A stretch of DNA of 50,748 nt from Deltaproteobacteria bacterium RBG_16_44_11. Lineage in GTDB: Bacteria > Desulfobacterota > Syntrophia > Syntrophales > Smithellaceae. Below the pieces are notes generated by a model that saw nothing but the letters and a program-made list of their open reading frames with translations, was not told where the DNA came from and ran no database searches. The stretch lies in NCBI GenBank assembly GCA_001797845.1, contig MGQN01000047.1, positions 1 through 50,748 of the forward strand. The letters run 5' to 3'. The position numbers were made by a program, and so were the translations under genes. Each line of letters starts with the position of its first letter. The first letter of the stretch is position 1. Shown here piece by piece: positions 8,220 to 19,733 of this stretch.

Positions 8220-9032
8220 TTAACCAATCACAAATATCAGATAGTAATATACAAAAGGTACTATAAAAACCAAACAATCCATACGGTCAAGCAAACCGCC
8301 ATGACCAGGCAATAGCGAACTTGCGTCTTTGTGCCCATAATTCCTCTTGATAGCCGATTCGCAAAGATCGCCTAGTTGTCCGATAATACTTCCGATGAAA
8401 CCAAGAACAAAAATATGTATAAACGAAACTTCCGGTAAAAAGAAATAACTATATATTAAGCATGCGGCAATACTGCCGATAACGAGCGCTATGGTTCCTT
8501 CCACTGTTTTTCCCGGACTAACCAAAGCGAGTAATTTATTCTTACCAAAGTATTTTCCGATATACAATGCCGCCGTATCTCCGGCAAAAGCGAGGACCAA
8601 AACGAATAAGATCCAAAATTCTCCAGCCGGTATCTTTCGCAACAATATGAAGTGAGACATCAAAAAAGGTATGTACATGATACCAAAGATTACTTTAGCC
8701 ACAGTTAAAATATCAAAAGTTGATTCTTTAACCGACCAGAGAAATAAAATGAAAACAGACATTATACAAAAAGCCAGCACCGCAATAACTATCTGACTGC
8801 TCCCCCATAATACCGTTAAGGGAATAATAAAAGCAAAAATAAGACCCTCAATTTTTTCTTTGAAAAAACCTTTGCCAAAAACAATATTATTGTATTCCCA
8901 TACACCGCCGATTATGAATAAGGTGATAACAGCGGCTAGTACTTCGGCCGAACCAAAAAAAATAATGCCCAGTATCACTACCGCCAAAATTATGCCCGTT
9001 ATCCATCTTTTTGCGTATACATTTTCCATCAA
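8220..9032 (-). CDS. cdsA: Phosphatidate cytidylyltransferase
   Basis: Polytopic membrane protein with the C-terminal CdsA signature SAIKRNYGHKDASSLLPGHGGLLDRMD. Confidence 0.92.
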   Translation of the reverse strand: MMENVYAKRWITGIILAVVILGIIFFGSAEVLAAVITLFIIGGVWEYNNIVFGKGFFKEKIEGLIFAFIIPLTVLWGSSQIVIAVLAFCIMSVFILFLWSVKESTFDILTVAKVIFGIMYIPFLMSHFILLRKIPAGEFWILFVLVLAFAGDTAALYIGKYFGKNKLLALVSPGKTVEGTIALVIGSIAACLIYSYFFLPEVSFIHIFVLGFIGSIIGQLGDLCESAIKRNYGHKDASSLLPGHGGLLDRMDCLVFIVPFVYYYLIFVIG

Positions 9033-9045
9033 AGATAATCCTGAA

Positions 9046-9825
9046 TTAATGCCGTTTATTTTTAATATTTAAAAGAGATTTTGAATGATTTTGTCTCTTT
9101 AATTGTTCGCTGGTTAGTCCAAAGCGCCTTTCCCGTTTTTGATAACTGGCAATTGCCTTAAAAAGATGATCTTTTGTAAAGTCGGGCCATAGAACATTTG
9201 TAAAATAGAGCTCTGTGTAGGCTATTTGCCAGAGTAAAAAATTGCTGATACGATACTCACCGCTGGTACGAATTAATAAATCAGGATCAGGCATCCCGCA
9301 TGTATATAAATAGCGTTTAAACATATCATTGTTGATTTCATTTATATCAACTTTGTTTTTTTTGTTATCCCGGACTATTTTTTTTACCGCATGGATGATT
9401 TCGTCCCGACCGCCATAGCTCAATGCCAAATTTAATATCATTTCGACATTCTTTGATGTGTCTGCCTTGGCCTGTAAAAGCTGCTCTTTTACTGCAGGAT
9501 TTAAACGATCAAGTTCGCCGATAGTGGTAAGTTTTATGCCTTGTTTTTTTAATTGCTTTGTTTCTTTGGTTAAATATTCCTCCAACAAGGACATCAATGC
9601 CTGCACTTCTTCTTCCGGGCGTTTCCAGTTTTCTATGGAAAAGGCAAACAATGTAAGATATTTTACCCCTATTTCCCGACATGCACGCACCGTTGTTTTT
9701 ACTGCTTGTGCTCCCTTTTTGTGCCCTCGAATTCGACCGATTGTATGCTGTTTTGCCCAACGGCCGTTTCCATCCATAATAATAGCTATATGTTGAGGTA
9801 AATTATTTAAATCTATTTTTACCAA
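9046..9825 (-). CDS. uppS: Isoprenyl transferase (undecaprenyl diphosphate synthase)
   Basis: HIAIIMDGNGRWA and RTSGEYRISNFLLWQ motifs. Confidence 0.95.
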   Translation of the reverse strand: MVKIDLNNLPQHIAIIMDGNGRWAKQHTIGRIRGHKKGAQAVKTTVRACREIGVKYLTLFAFSIENWKRPEEEVQALMSLLEEYLTKETKQLKKQGIKLTTIGELDRLNPAVKEQLLQAKADTSKNVEMILNLALSYGGRDEIIHAVKKIVRDNKKNKVDINEINNDMFKRYLYTCGMPDPDLLIRTSGEYRISNFLLWQIAYTELYFTNVLWPDFTKDHLFKAIASYQKRERRFGLTSEQLKRQNHSKSLLNIKNKRH

Positions 9826-9982
9826 TATTTATCTCCTTATTGATGTTATAGTCTAACAGACAGGACAATTCTTTTCAATCAAAGAGCTGCTTATTATTAA
9901 ACGGAAAATATTTACTGTTGATTAAAAGTTTATGCATTAATAATTACCTTCTCAATATATTCTTTGTGTGTAAAACACCACA

Positions 9983-10022
9983 AAAACAAATGGGGAGTTT
10001 TTGAACTCCCCATTTGTTTTTT
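9983..10022 (-). terminator. Rho-independent terminator after frr
   Basis: Perfect stem CAAATGGGGAGTT/AACTCCCCATTTG flanked by A/T runs on both sides, so it could act bidirectionally. Confidence 0.8.
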
Positions 10023-10041
10023 AAATATAAATTCAAATATT

Positions 10042-10599
10042 CTATAGCTCCATTATTTCTTTTTCTTTCGCCGTAACGATTTTATCCGTTTTTTCTATAT
10101 ATTTATCTGTTAATTTTTGAACCTCCTCCTGCGCTTCAAAAAGCTCGTCTTCAGCCATTTTATTATTTTTCTTAAGTTCTTTTAATTCTTCATTAGCGTC
10201 CCTGCGAAAGTTGCGTAATTTTATTTTTCCTTCTTCCGCCATCTTTTTTACAATTTTAACCAGCTCTTTTCGCCGTTCTTCCGTTAATTGCGGAATAGAA
10301 AGCCGTATTATTTTTCCATCAGTGGCAGGCATTAACCCTAAATCTGATTTTTGAATCGCCTTTTCAACCGCTCCGATCACAGAAACATCCCAAGGAGCTA
10401 TAACAATCAAACGGCTTTCCGGAACAGAAAGAGTAGCCACCTGAGCAATTGGTGTCGGAGTACCGTAATAATCAACTTTGATTCCATCCAGCAGCGAAAC
10501 TGATGCTCTTCCCGTTCGCACCCTGCCCAAAGACTTATCCAAATTAACGATAGTCTTTTCCATTTCAGTTCTAAGCTTCTGAAAAACATTCTCTTTCAT
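10042..10599 (-). CDS. frr: Ribosome recycling factor
   Basis: Full-length Frr similarity. Start set at ATG 10599, preceded by GGGAGA. The listed ORF's first 8 codons overlap pyrH. Confidence 0.95.
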   Translation of the reverse strand: MKENVFQKLRTEMEKTIVNLDKSLGRVRTGRASVSLLDGIKVDYYGTPTPIAQVATLSVPESRLIVIAPWDVSVIGAVEKAIQKSDLGLMPATDGKIIRLSIPQLTEERRKELVKIVKKMAEEGKIKLRNFRRDANEELKELKKNNKMAEDELFEAQEEVQKLTDKYIEKTDKIVTAKEKEIMEL

Positions 10600-10600
10600 A

Positions 10601-11937
<1,337 letters not shown>

Positions 11938-11972
11938 TTTATTATCCTCCTAAAATTCAAGAACGTGCCTGA

Positions 11973-12800
11973 TTATTTATATTTTTCATCGCTGTATTTT
12001 TCGTCTTCATCTGCCTTACCTTCCATTTCCACGCTTTCAGGGATATCTGTTTCTCCTGCTTTTGATTCCATGACCGCTTCCGATTTTTTATTAGATTCTG
12101 CAGATAATTTTTCTTCAAACTGTTTTTTCCCCTCTAAAACCGCGTCGGCGAATTTTGAGGCGAATAATTTAATTGCTCTGATGGCATCATCATTACCGGG
12201 AATGATATAATCAATATCATCCGGATCGCAATTCGTGTCCACAACTGCAACGATTGGAATTTTCAATTTTTTAGCTTCTTTAATTGTGATATGTTCGCGG
12301 TTAGGATCGACGACAAACACTGCGGCTGGGTGAGATTTCATGTTTCTAATCCCCCCTAAGACATTTTCCAGTTTTTCTTTCTCTTTCTGAAGCATTGTTA
12401 TTTCTTTTTTGGGAAATGCCTTTATGGAATCGTCGGTAAACATGGCGGTCAAAGTATTCAAACGGTCAATGCTCTTTTTTATCGTAAAGAAGTTTGTCAA
12501 CATACCACCGAGCCAGCGCTGATTTACATACGGCATGCCGCAACGCAGAGCTTCTTCTTTGATCGCTTCTTGCGATTGTTTTTTGGTTCCGACAAAAAGA
12601 ACATCTTTCCCCTGGCTGACCGTGTCAATAACAAAATTGTAAGCTGTTTGAAACATGCCTACGGTTTGTTGCAGGTCAATAATGTAAATATTATTTCTGG
12701 CCCCAAAAATATAAGGCTTCATTTTGGGATTCCATTTGTTTGTTTGATGTCCGAAATGGACACCCGCTTCCAGTAAAAGTTTCATTGAAATTGCAGACAT
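11973..12800 (-). CDS. rpsB: 30S ribosomal protein S2 with acidic C-terminal extension
   Basis: [19 protein letters not shown] motif. Start set at ATG 12800, preceded by AGGAGA. The listed ORF has a 27-codon upstream extension. Confidence 0.95.
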   Translation of the reverse strand: MSAISMKLLLEAGVHFGHQTNKWNPKMKPYIFGARNNIYIIDLQQTVGMFQTAYNFVIDTVSQGKDVLFVGTKKQSQEAIKEEALRCGMPYVNQRWLGGMLTNFFTIKKSIDRLNTLTAMFTDDSIKAFPKKEITMLQKEKEKLENVLGGIRNMKSHPAAVFVVDPNREHITIKEAKKLKIPIVAVVDTNCDPDDIDYIIPGNDDAIRAIKLFASKFADAVLEGKKQFEEKLSAESNKKSEAVMESKAGETDIPESVEMEGKADEDEKYSDEKYK

Positions 12801-13057
12801 AATTTTCTCCTCTTTTTGTTTTTTTTCCTCCATCCTTTTCAACTTGCGCGGCACACTTTTGAAAAAGCAACATACCGGCAATCCAAGGATGTGTGAAGTT
12901 TGGCGGCAATTAACATAAATAAGCTAAATGTTCAAGCTCTATTAAAAATTTTCCGGTAATAACCAGCATATTAAACATTAACTTAAGATCAGAACCATAA
13001 AAGAAGAACAGTTCTATACATGCATCTGAGTATTTACAATACCTTTTGCTTATTAGT

Positions 13058-14257
13058 TCAAGTTGAATAATCCGCGTTAATTTTCACGTAGTCATAGGAA
13101 AGATCAGCTGTATAAACACAATATGATTTATCGCCTCCTCCCAGACCAATACACACTTCGATTTTGTCTTTTTGCAGGGCTTCTTTCAATTTACTTAGAT
13201 TAATGTTAACCGGTGAATCTTGTGAAAATACTAATATATCTCCTATGGATAGATTGACTCTTTCCTTTTCCAGGGGTATTCCCGAAGAGCCAAGAGCGGC
13301 AAGTATTCTTCCCCAATTAGGGTCCTGGCCAAAAAAAGCGGTCTTAACCAAATTAGAGTTCGCCACCGCGTATGCTGCGCGCCGCGCGTCGGAGCGGGAC
13401 TTTGCACCTTCCACCATAATCGAAATAAATTTAGTTGCGCCTTCTCCGTCACGAACAACCGCCTGGCAAAGTTCCATTAAAACATCAGTCAACATATCAC
13501 GAAAACGCTGCAGGCGGGCCTGCGCTCTTTCCAGAGGATTATTTCCGGCTAAACCGTTGGCTAAAATAATGGCCATGTCATTAGTGCTCATGCAGCCATC
13601 AACACTTACTGAATTGAATGTGGCATCAATAGCCTGATGAAACACTGTATTTAAAGCTTTGGCGTCAATTAAAGCGTCTGTCATCACGTAAGTCAGCAAG
13701 GTGGCCATATTGGGTTCAATCATACCTGCCCCTTTCGCGATGCCGCATATGGTAATGTCTTTGGCTCCAACGATTCCCTTCCGTATGGCGATTTTAGGAT
13801 ATTTATCAGTTGTCATCATCGCCATTTCTGCATCTTCAATACCATTCTCTTTTAAGCCTTTTACAAGTTTGCCGATGCCGGCGTTTATCTTTTTAACCGG
13901 AAGTCTTTTCCCAATAAGTCCCGTTGAACCCAATAATACAAGATCTTCCTTGATATTTAATTGACTGGCTAATTCAGCGGAAACACTTAAGGCATCCCTA
14001 TAACCTTCTTTGCCGGTCGCGGCATTGGCGCATCCGCTATTGGTAATGATAGCCTGAGCCATTCCCTTCTTTACGCGCTCCGTATTAATTAATACAGGCG
14101 CGGCTTTGAAAGCATTTTTGGTAAATACGGCCGCAACTCTCGCCGGTATATTTGAATAGATCAATCCGACGTCTTTTTGTTCCGAACTTTTTATTCCTAC
14201 TGAAATTCCATTAGCCAAAAAACCGGGAACACTAAATTTATTTATTTTTTTTTGCAT
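13058..14257 (-). CDS. argJ: Bifunctional glutamate N-acetyltransferase / amino-acid acetyltransferase ArgJ
   Basis: PNMATLLTYVMTDA autoprocessing region. Start set at ATG 14257, preceded by AGGAG. The listed ORF extends into secA. Confidence 0.92.
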   Translation of the reverse strand: MQKKINKFSVPGFLANGISVGIKSSEQKDVGLIYSNIPARVAAVFTKNAFKAAPVLINTERVKKGMAQAIITNSGCANAATGKEGYRDALSVSAELASQLNIKEDLVLLGSTGLIGKRLPVKKINAGIGKLVKGLKENGIEDAEMAMMTTDKYPKIAIRKGIVGAKDITICGIAKGAGMIEPNMATLLTYVMTDALIDAKALNTVFHQAIDATFNSVSVDGCMSTNDMAIILANGLAGNNPLERAQARLQRFRDMLTDVLMELCQAVVRDGEGATKFISIMVEGAKSRSDARRAAYAVANSNLVKTAFFGQDPNWGRILAALGSSGIPLEKERVNLSIGDILVFSQDSPVNINLSKLKEALQKDKIEVCIGLGGGDKSYCVYTADLSYDYVKINADYST

Positions 14258-14282
14258 GAAGTCTACTCCTATTTTGAATAAC

Positions 14283-16802
14283 CTATGCACCGCAACATTT
14301 TTTATATTTTTTGCCGCTCCCGCAGGGGCAAGGTTCATTTCGTCCCACCTTACCGCTTTCACGTTTAATTGTCTGGGCGGGAGGAGTATCTTCTCCGCGG
14401 CTTAAAACATAATCTTGTTTTTGTTTTTGTTTGATACTTTCAACTTCTTCTTCTCGCTGTATCCTGACCAGGCACAACTTCTCTAATGTGTCTATTTTGA
14501 TGCGAAATATCATATCCATGAACATTTCATAGCCTTCGCGCTGATACTCTCTTATCGGGTCCTTTTGACCATAACCACGTAAGCCTATGCCTTCCCTTAA
14601 GTGATCCATGGCTAATAAATGTTCTTTCCAGTGAGTGTCTATGGCCTGCAGCATAATAACTTTTATCAGGTAATCCATAAGTTCTTTGCCAAAATCTTTT
14701 TCTTTATCGCGCAAAAGTTTATGGACATTTTCAACAATAAACTGACGAATAGATTCAGCAGAAGATAATTGATTCGCGTCGGCCAAATTAAGTTTTAAAT
14801 TAAATTGTTTGAAGATGGCGTCATCCAGACCTTTGAGGTTCCAGTCTTCGGCACGTCCTTTATCATCAATATATTCAAATAAAAGGTCATCAGCAATTTC
14901 TTCAACTATTTCATTAATATCTTCCCATAAGTTAGCACCACGCAAGACCTTTTTTCTTTGTTCATAAATAACTTTTCTTTGCCTATTCATTACATCGTCG
15001 TAATCTAAAAGATGCTTACGAATATCAAAGTTTTGCCCTTCAACACGTTTTTGGGCATTTTCAATGGCCCGGGAAATATATTTATGCTCAATAGGTTGAT
15101 CTTCTTCTATGCCGATTCTGTCCATAATTGACGCTATTCTTTCCGCACCGAATATACGCAGCAGGTCATCTTCCAGCGAAAGATAAAAGCGCGAAGAACC
15201 ATCATCACCCTGGCGGCCGGAACGGCCTCGTAATTGATTATCGATGCGGCGGCTTTCATGACGTTCAGTACCTAAAATATGCAGACCTCCCACATCAGCT
15301 ACTCCGTCCCCCAAACGGATATCTGTGCCTCGTCCGGCCATATTGGTAGAAATGGTTACCATAGCCGGCTGTCCCGCCTGGGCTACAATTTCCGCCTCTT
15401 TTTCATGATTTTTAGCGTTAAGAACATGATGCTTTACGCCGGCACGGGTAAGATATTTACTTAGCAATTCTGATTTTTCGATAGAAATAGTTCCAATCAG
15501 CACAGGTCTTTTCTCTTTATTCAGTGCTCTAACTTCCTCAATTACAGCCTTAATTTTTTCTTTTTCTGTTTTGTAAATAAGGTCATTGTTGTCTTTTCTA
15601 ATCATGGGCATGTTGGTCGGCACAACGACAACGTCCAGATTATAAATTTTCTTAAATTCTGCGGCTTCCGTATCCGCGGTTCCCGTCATGCCGGCTAATT
15701 TCTTGTACATTCTAAAATAATTCTGGAAGGTAATGGAAGCCAGAGTTTGATTTTCTCTCTCCACTTTAACCTTTTCTTTTGCTTCCAGGGCCTGGTGTAA
15801 TCCATCGCTGTATCGCCTTCCGGGCATCACTCTTCCGGTGAATTCATCAACTATTATGACTTGTCCATCTTTAACCAGATAATCCACATCCCTTCTGAAT
15901 AACGTGTGGGCGCGAAGCGCCTGATTGACGTGATGGACTATTTCTATGTTTTTTGGTTCATAGAGGTTCGTAACATTTAAATATCCTTCGACGTGAGCCA
16001 CACCTTCTTCCGTCATAACAACCGTACGGCTTTTTTCATCAATCGTGTAGTCACGATCTTTTTTTAACCTCGGAATTATTTGATTGATTTTATAATATTT
16101 ATCTGTTGATTCCTCGGAAGCTCCGGAAATAATTAAAGGGGTTCTGGCTTCGTCAATAAGGATACTGTCCACTTCATCAACGATGGCATAATTAAATTCA
16201 CGTTGAACGTAATCATCCAGGTTAAACTTCATATTATCGCGGAGATAATCAAAACCAAATTCGTTATTTGTGCCGTAGGTAATATCGGCGTGATACGCTT
16301 TTCTTCTTTCTTCATCATCCATTCCATGAACAATAACACCCACGCTTAAACCCAGAAACTTGTAAATCGGCCCCATCCATTCCGCGTCTCTTTTGGCCAG
16401 ATAATCATTTACAGTAACAACGTGGCATCCTTTTCCTTCTAACGCATTAAGATAAAGAGGCATCGTTGCCGCCAGCGTTTTCCCTTCTCCAGTTTTCATT
16501 TCGGCGATTTTGCCCTCGTGTAAAACGATGCCGCCAATTACCTGAACATCAAATGGCCGCATTAACAAAGTACGGCGTGAGACTTCTCGTGCAACTGCAA
16601 AAGTTTCAGGCAGAATATCATCCAGGTTTGAGCCCTTGTTCAGTTTATCCTTGAAATAAGGTGTTTTCGCTCGCAAATCTTCGTCACTCAAAGACATCAT
16701 CAGTGATTCAAAATTATTCACTTCTTCTAAAATCAAAGAATACCGCTTCAATTCGCGATCATTTTTTGTTCCGACAATTTTTTTGAGGATTAATTCTATC
16801 AT
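14283..16802 (-). CDS. secA: Preprotein translocase ATPase SecA
   Basis: MKTGEGKT Walker [20 protein letters not shown], and the C-terminal zinc motif [14 protein letters not shown]. Confidence 0.97.
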   Translation of the reverse strand: MIELILKKIVGTKNDRELKRYSLILEEVNNFESLMMSLSDEDLRAKTPYFKDKLNKGSNLDDILPETFAVAREVSRRTLLMRPFDVQVIGGIVLHEGKIAEMKTGEGKTLAATMPLYLNALEGKGCHVVTVNDYLAKRDAEWMGPIYKFLGLSVGVIVHGMDDEERRKAYHADITYGTNNEFGFDYLRDNMKFNLDDYVQREFNYAIVDEVDSILIDEARTPLIISGASEESTDKYYKINQIIPRLKKDRDYTIDEKSRTVVMTEEGVAHVEGYLNVTNLYEPKNIEIVHHVNQALRAHTLFRRDVDYLVKDGQVIIVDEFTGRVMPGRRYSDGLHQALEAKEKVKVERENQTLASITFQNYFRMYKKLAGMTGTADTEAAEFKKIYNLDVVVVPTNMPMIRKDNNDLIYKTEKEKIKAVIEEVRALNKEKRPVLIGTISIEKSELLSKYLTRAGVKHHVLNAKNHEKEAEIVAQAGQPAMVTISTNMAGRGTDIRLGDGVADVGGLHILGTERHESRRIDNQLRGRSGRQGDDGSSRFYLSLEDDLLRIFGAERIASIMDRIGIEEDQPIEHKYISRAIENAQKRVEGQNFDIRKHLLDYDDVMNRQRKVIYEQRKKVLRGANLWEDINEIVEEIADDLLFEYIDDKGRAEDWNLKGLDDAIFKQFNLKLNLADANQLSSAESIRQFIVENVHKLLRDKEKDFGKELMDYLIKVIMLQAIDTHWKEHLLAMDHLREGIGLRGYGQKDPIREYQREGYEMFMDMIFRIKIDTLEKLCLVRIQREEEVESIKQKQKQDYVLSRGEDTPPAQTIKRESGKVGRNEPCPCGSGKKYKKCCGA

Positions 16803-16815
16803 TAATTACCTTATT

Positions 16816-16840
16816 AAAAAAAAACCGGCGTGTTCACCGG
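16816..16840 (-). terminator. Intrinsic terminator-like hairpin plus U9, 13 nt upstream of the secA start
   Basis: Minus strand CCGGTG-AACA-CGCCGG followed by TTTTTTTTT. Confidence 0.6.
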
Positions 16841-16976
16841 TGGATTAAAGTTTAATTTACTGGAAATAAAATCTTCCGCCGAAAGGGACGGATTTTTTTG
16901 TAAATAATTATTTTAATTTTGCTCCTTAAACTCGTCATAGGACGAGAAATGCAATGTTCTCAATAAATTTGAACGA

Positions 16977-17945
16977 TTATTTTCTCAAGTACCTTCTGGG
17001 ATTGACGGGCACATTGTTGACCCAGACAGCGTAGTGCAGATGCGAACCTGTGCTGCGGCCGGAATCGCCGACATAGCCTATTACATCACCTCTTTTAACT
17101 CTCATCCCTTCCTTTGCAATAATCTTCGATAAATGACTATAAGTGGTGCCCAGACCATGGCCATGATTAATTCTAACCATATTGCCATCCATTGAACGAT
17201 AAGAAGCTTCAACTACTAGCCCATCCGCTGTCGCCAGTACGTCTCTTCCCATTCTGGTCGCTATATCCATGCCTTTGTGAAATTCAACGCCAGCCGAGAA
17301 AGGAGACTCCCTCATGCCAAAATCTGAAGTGACCCATCCTTTAACAGGCCAAATAGAGGGGGTAGCCGCAAGGATAGATTTTTGTTCATGCAGAAAAGCT
17401 AATAATTCATTAAAACTCTGTGCCCGATGATTAGCATCTTCATTTAATGTGGAGATGCCTTTACGCATGCCGAAAATCAGCTTTTGCTGGTCTTGATCTA
17501 ATAATTCCTTCATTCTTTTTTCTGTACTGCCGGCTCCACCAATACCTAACGGCAGTTTTTTATCTCTTGCTGTTTGATAACTGGCTAATATTCTTATTTT
17601 TTTATCAGATTGCCTGAGCTCCTCCATCTTATCGGCAAATTCATCCACTCTCAGAGCTAATTCCTTAACTTGATAGGATTGTTCCTTGGTTTGTACTCTC
17701 AATCTAAGTAATTCCGCCTTGTCTCTTTTCATACTTGCGTAATCATAAACAAAATATAAAAAAACAAAAAAAGCCAAAGCACCAACGATACAAAAACCAC
17801 GTGCTAAGGCTCCGGGGACGGATATTTTTTTAACCGCACTATTTGTGCGCGAAATAACCATTAATGTAAACAAGTTACCCGACATTTTTTGTTTCCACAA
17901 AGACTTGCCAGTTTTAAAGTTTACCATAAGAATTTTAATTACCAC
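16977..17945 (-). CDS. M23 family metallopeptidase (membrane-anchored, coiled-coil linker)
   Basis: C-terminal HKGMDIA ... GDSGRSTGSHLHY LytM-type motifs. The true start is uncertain: GTG 17945, ATG 17927 or ATG 17885. Confidence 0.85.
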   Translation of the reverse strand: MVIKILMVNFKTGKSLWKQKMSGNLFTLMVISRTNSAVKKISVPGALARGFCIVGALAFFVFLYFVYDYASMKRDKAELLRLRVQTKEQSYQVKELALRVDEFADKMEELRQSDKKIRILASYQTARDKKLPLGIGGAGSTEKRMKELLDQDQQKLIFGMRKGISTLNEDANHRAQSFNELLAFLHEQKSILAATPSIWPVKGWVTSDFGMRESPFSAGVEFHKGMDIATRMGRDVLATADGLVVEASYRSMDGNMVRINHGHGLGTTYSHLSKIIAKEGMRVKRGDVIGYVGDSGRSTGSHLHYAVWVNNVPVNPRRYLRK

Positions 17946-18223
17946 AAAAAAGAGGGAAAAGTCAAGAATAACTAATTATTAGTCGCTTTTAATTGATTCA
18001 GAAATAATCTCCATGGCAAAATATTAATTTTATCAAATATTTTAGTGGCTTAAGTCTACATTCAGCGGATATTTATGTTCAGAGAAATTTAAGTGACTTT
18101 TTGAGAAAAACTTCTTAATGACTTCCTTGACCATAAGTTTATGCATTCACTGGTAGAAACTTACATTATTTATTGAAAATAAGTTTTTTTTGGATTAAAA
18201 AAACAGTAAGGAATTGAATCTTC

Positions 18224-18943
18224 ATGAGTACAAAAAATTTTTCCAACATGATTATAACTATTTTTTTTATCTTGACGATTATTGCATTATCGTCATGTTC
18301 TTTTTTTCGTCCTTCGGTAAGTAAAAATAACATAAATTTTCTAATTGCTCCTTATGAAAGCAACCTCGGTAAGTCCGGGCAGCTTCTTCTTGTAATTGAG
18401 AATAGTAATATTTTCTTTACTAAAAGAATTGTTTACGCGTTGGAAAAACGATCTGGAATTTGGCAAATGGCTTTCGAGCCTTTCTATGCCGTTATCGGCA
18501 AAAATGGTTTTGCCCCGCCCGGCGAAAAAAGAGAAGGAGATGGTAAAACGCCGTCGGGAATATTCGCTCTAAGGAAGACTTTTGGCTATGCTCCATCCGC
18601 AATTACAAAAATGCCCTATCGTCAGGCATTAGAAGACGATTTGTGGATTGATGATCCAAACTCTACTGATTATAACCGCTGGGTAAAGGCAAGCAAAACA
18701 TCCGCCAAATCTTATGAAAAAATGAAACGCGACGATGATCTTTATAAATATGGAATTGTTATTGAATATAATAACAATCCGGTTATAAAAGGTTATGGCA
18801 GTGCTATTTTCTTCCATGTCTGGGGAGGAGAGGATGTAACTACAGAGGGCTGTGTGGCGGTTTCCGAAGAAAACATCATTAAAATTCTTACATGGCTTGA
18901 TCCCAAGTCTTTGCCGCTCATTATTATGGGCATTAAAAATTAA
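18224..18943 (+). CDS. YkuD-like L,D-transpeptidase catalytic-domain lipoprotein
   Basis: Lipobox ALSSC, and active-site-like FFHVWGGEDVTTEGCVAV (H...GC motif). Confidence 0.75.
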   Translation: MSTKNFSNMIITIFFILTIIALSSCSFFRPSVSKNNINFLIAPYESNLGKSGQLLLVIENSNIFFTKRIVYALEKRSGIWQMAFEPFYAVIGKNGFAPPGEKREGDGKTPSGIFALRKTFGYAPSAITKMPYRQALEDDLWIDDPNSTDYNRWVKASKTSAKSYEKMKRDDDLYKYGIVIEYNNNPVIKGYGSAIFFHVWGGEDVTTEGCVAVSEENIIKILTWLDPKSLPLIIMGIKN

Positions 18944-18960
18944 ACGGAGAATTGTAACTA

Positions 18961-19728
18961 ATGAAGTCAAAAATTTTATTTACATTGTTATTTTTTATCG
19001 TTTTGTGTTTTCCGCAATTTGCCGGTATTACTTTTGGCGCGGCTAAAATGCAGAGTAACTTTGTGGATATCAAAGAAGTGATTCCACAAATTCAGCTCGA
19101 TATCCGTTATTACGGACCGCATAATTTTCTCGGAGAAGGAGTAGACGGTTATCTGGCGCCGAAATGTATTCTCACCAATGAAGCGGCCGAAGCGCTTTCT
19201 AACGTTCAAAAAGAACTGGAACCATTTTCGCTGACTCTGAAAATTTACGATTGTTATCGACCTCAACGGGCGGTTGACCACTTTGTAAAATGGGCGAAAG
19301 AAATTGACAACGTCAAAACAAGGAAAGAGTTTTACCCGACCGTGGATAAAAGAAATTTATTTAAAGACGGCTACATCGACAGCAAATCCAGCCATAGCCG
19401 CGGCAGTACTGTTGATTTGACCATTGTGCCTTTACCCGCCCCCAAACAACCAAAATACATTCCCGGACAGAAATTATCTGAATGTTATCTGCCCACCCAA
19501 AAACGTTTTCCGGATAATAGCATTGATATGGGAACTGGTTTTGATTGTTTTCACGAACTTTCAAATACGGCGAATAAAAACATTAACCGTCAGCAAAAAG
19601 CAAACAGACTTTTGCTCAAAACATTGATGGAAAAGCATGGATTTAAGAATTATGATCTGGAGTGGTGGCATTATACACTGAAAAATGAACCTTATCCGAA
19701 CACATATTTTGATTTTATCATTGAGTAA
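18961..19728 (+). CDS. D-alanyl-D-alanine dipeptidase (M15D, VanX/DdpX family) with signal peptide
   Basis: SSHSRGSTVDL (SxHxxGxxxD zinc motif), EWWHY, and an N-terminal hydrophobic signal sequence. Confidence 0.85.
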   Translation: MKSKILFTLLFFIVLCFPQFAGITFGAAKMQSNFVDIKEVIPQIQLDIRYYGPHNFLGEGVDGYLAPKCILTNEAAEALSNVQKELEPFSLTLKIYDCYRPQRAVDHFVKWAKEIDNVKTRKEFYPTVDKRNLFKDGYIDSKSSHSRGSTVDLTIVPLPAPKQPKYIPGQKLSECYLPTQKRFPDNSIDMGTGFDCFHELSNTANKNINRQQKANRLLLKTLMEKHGFKNYDLEWWHYTLKNEPYPNTYFDFIIE

Positions 19729-19733
19729 AAAAT

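Noticed and set aside
12801-12881. N-terminal extensions of the listed ORFs for rpsB, frr (10600..10623), argJ (14258..14362), lptG (23179..23277) and rseP (7060..7104)
   Set aside because: Internal starts with good Shine-Dalgarno sequences match the conserved protein N-termini and remove overlaps with the upstream genes.
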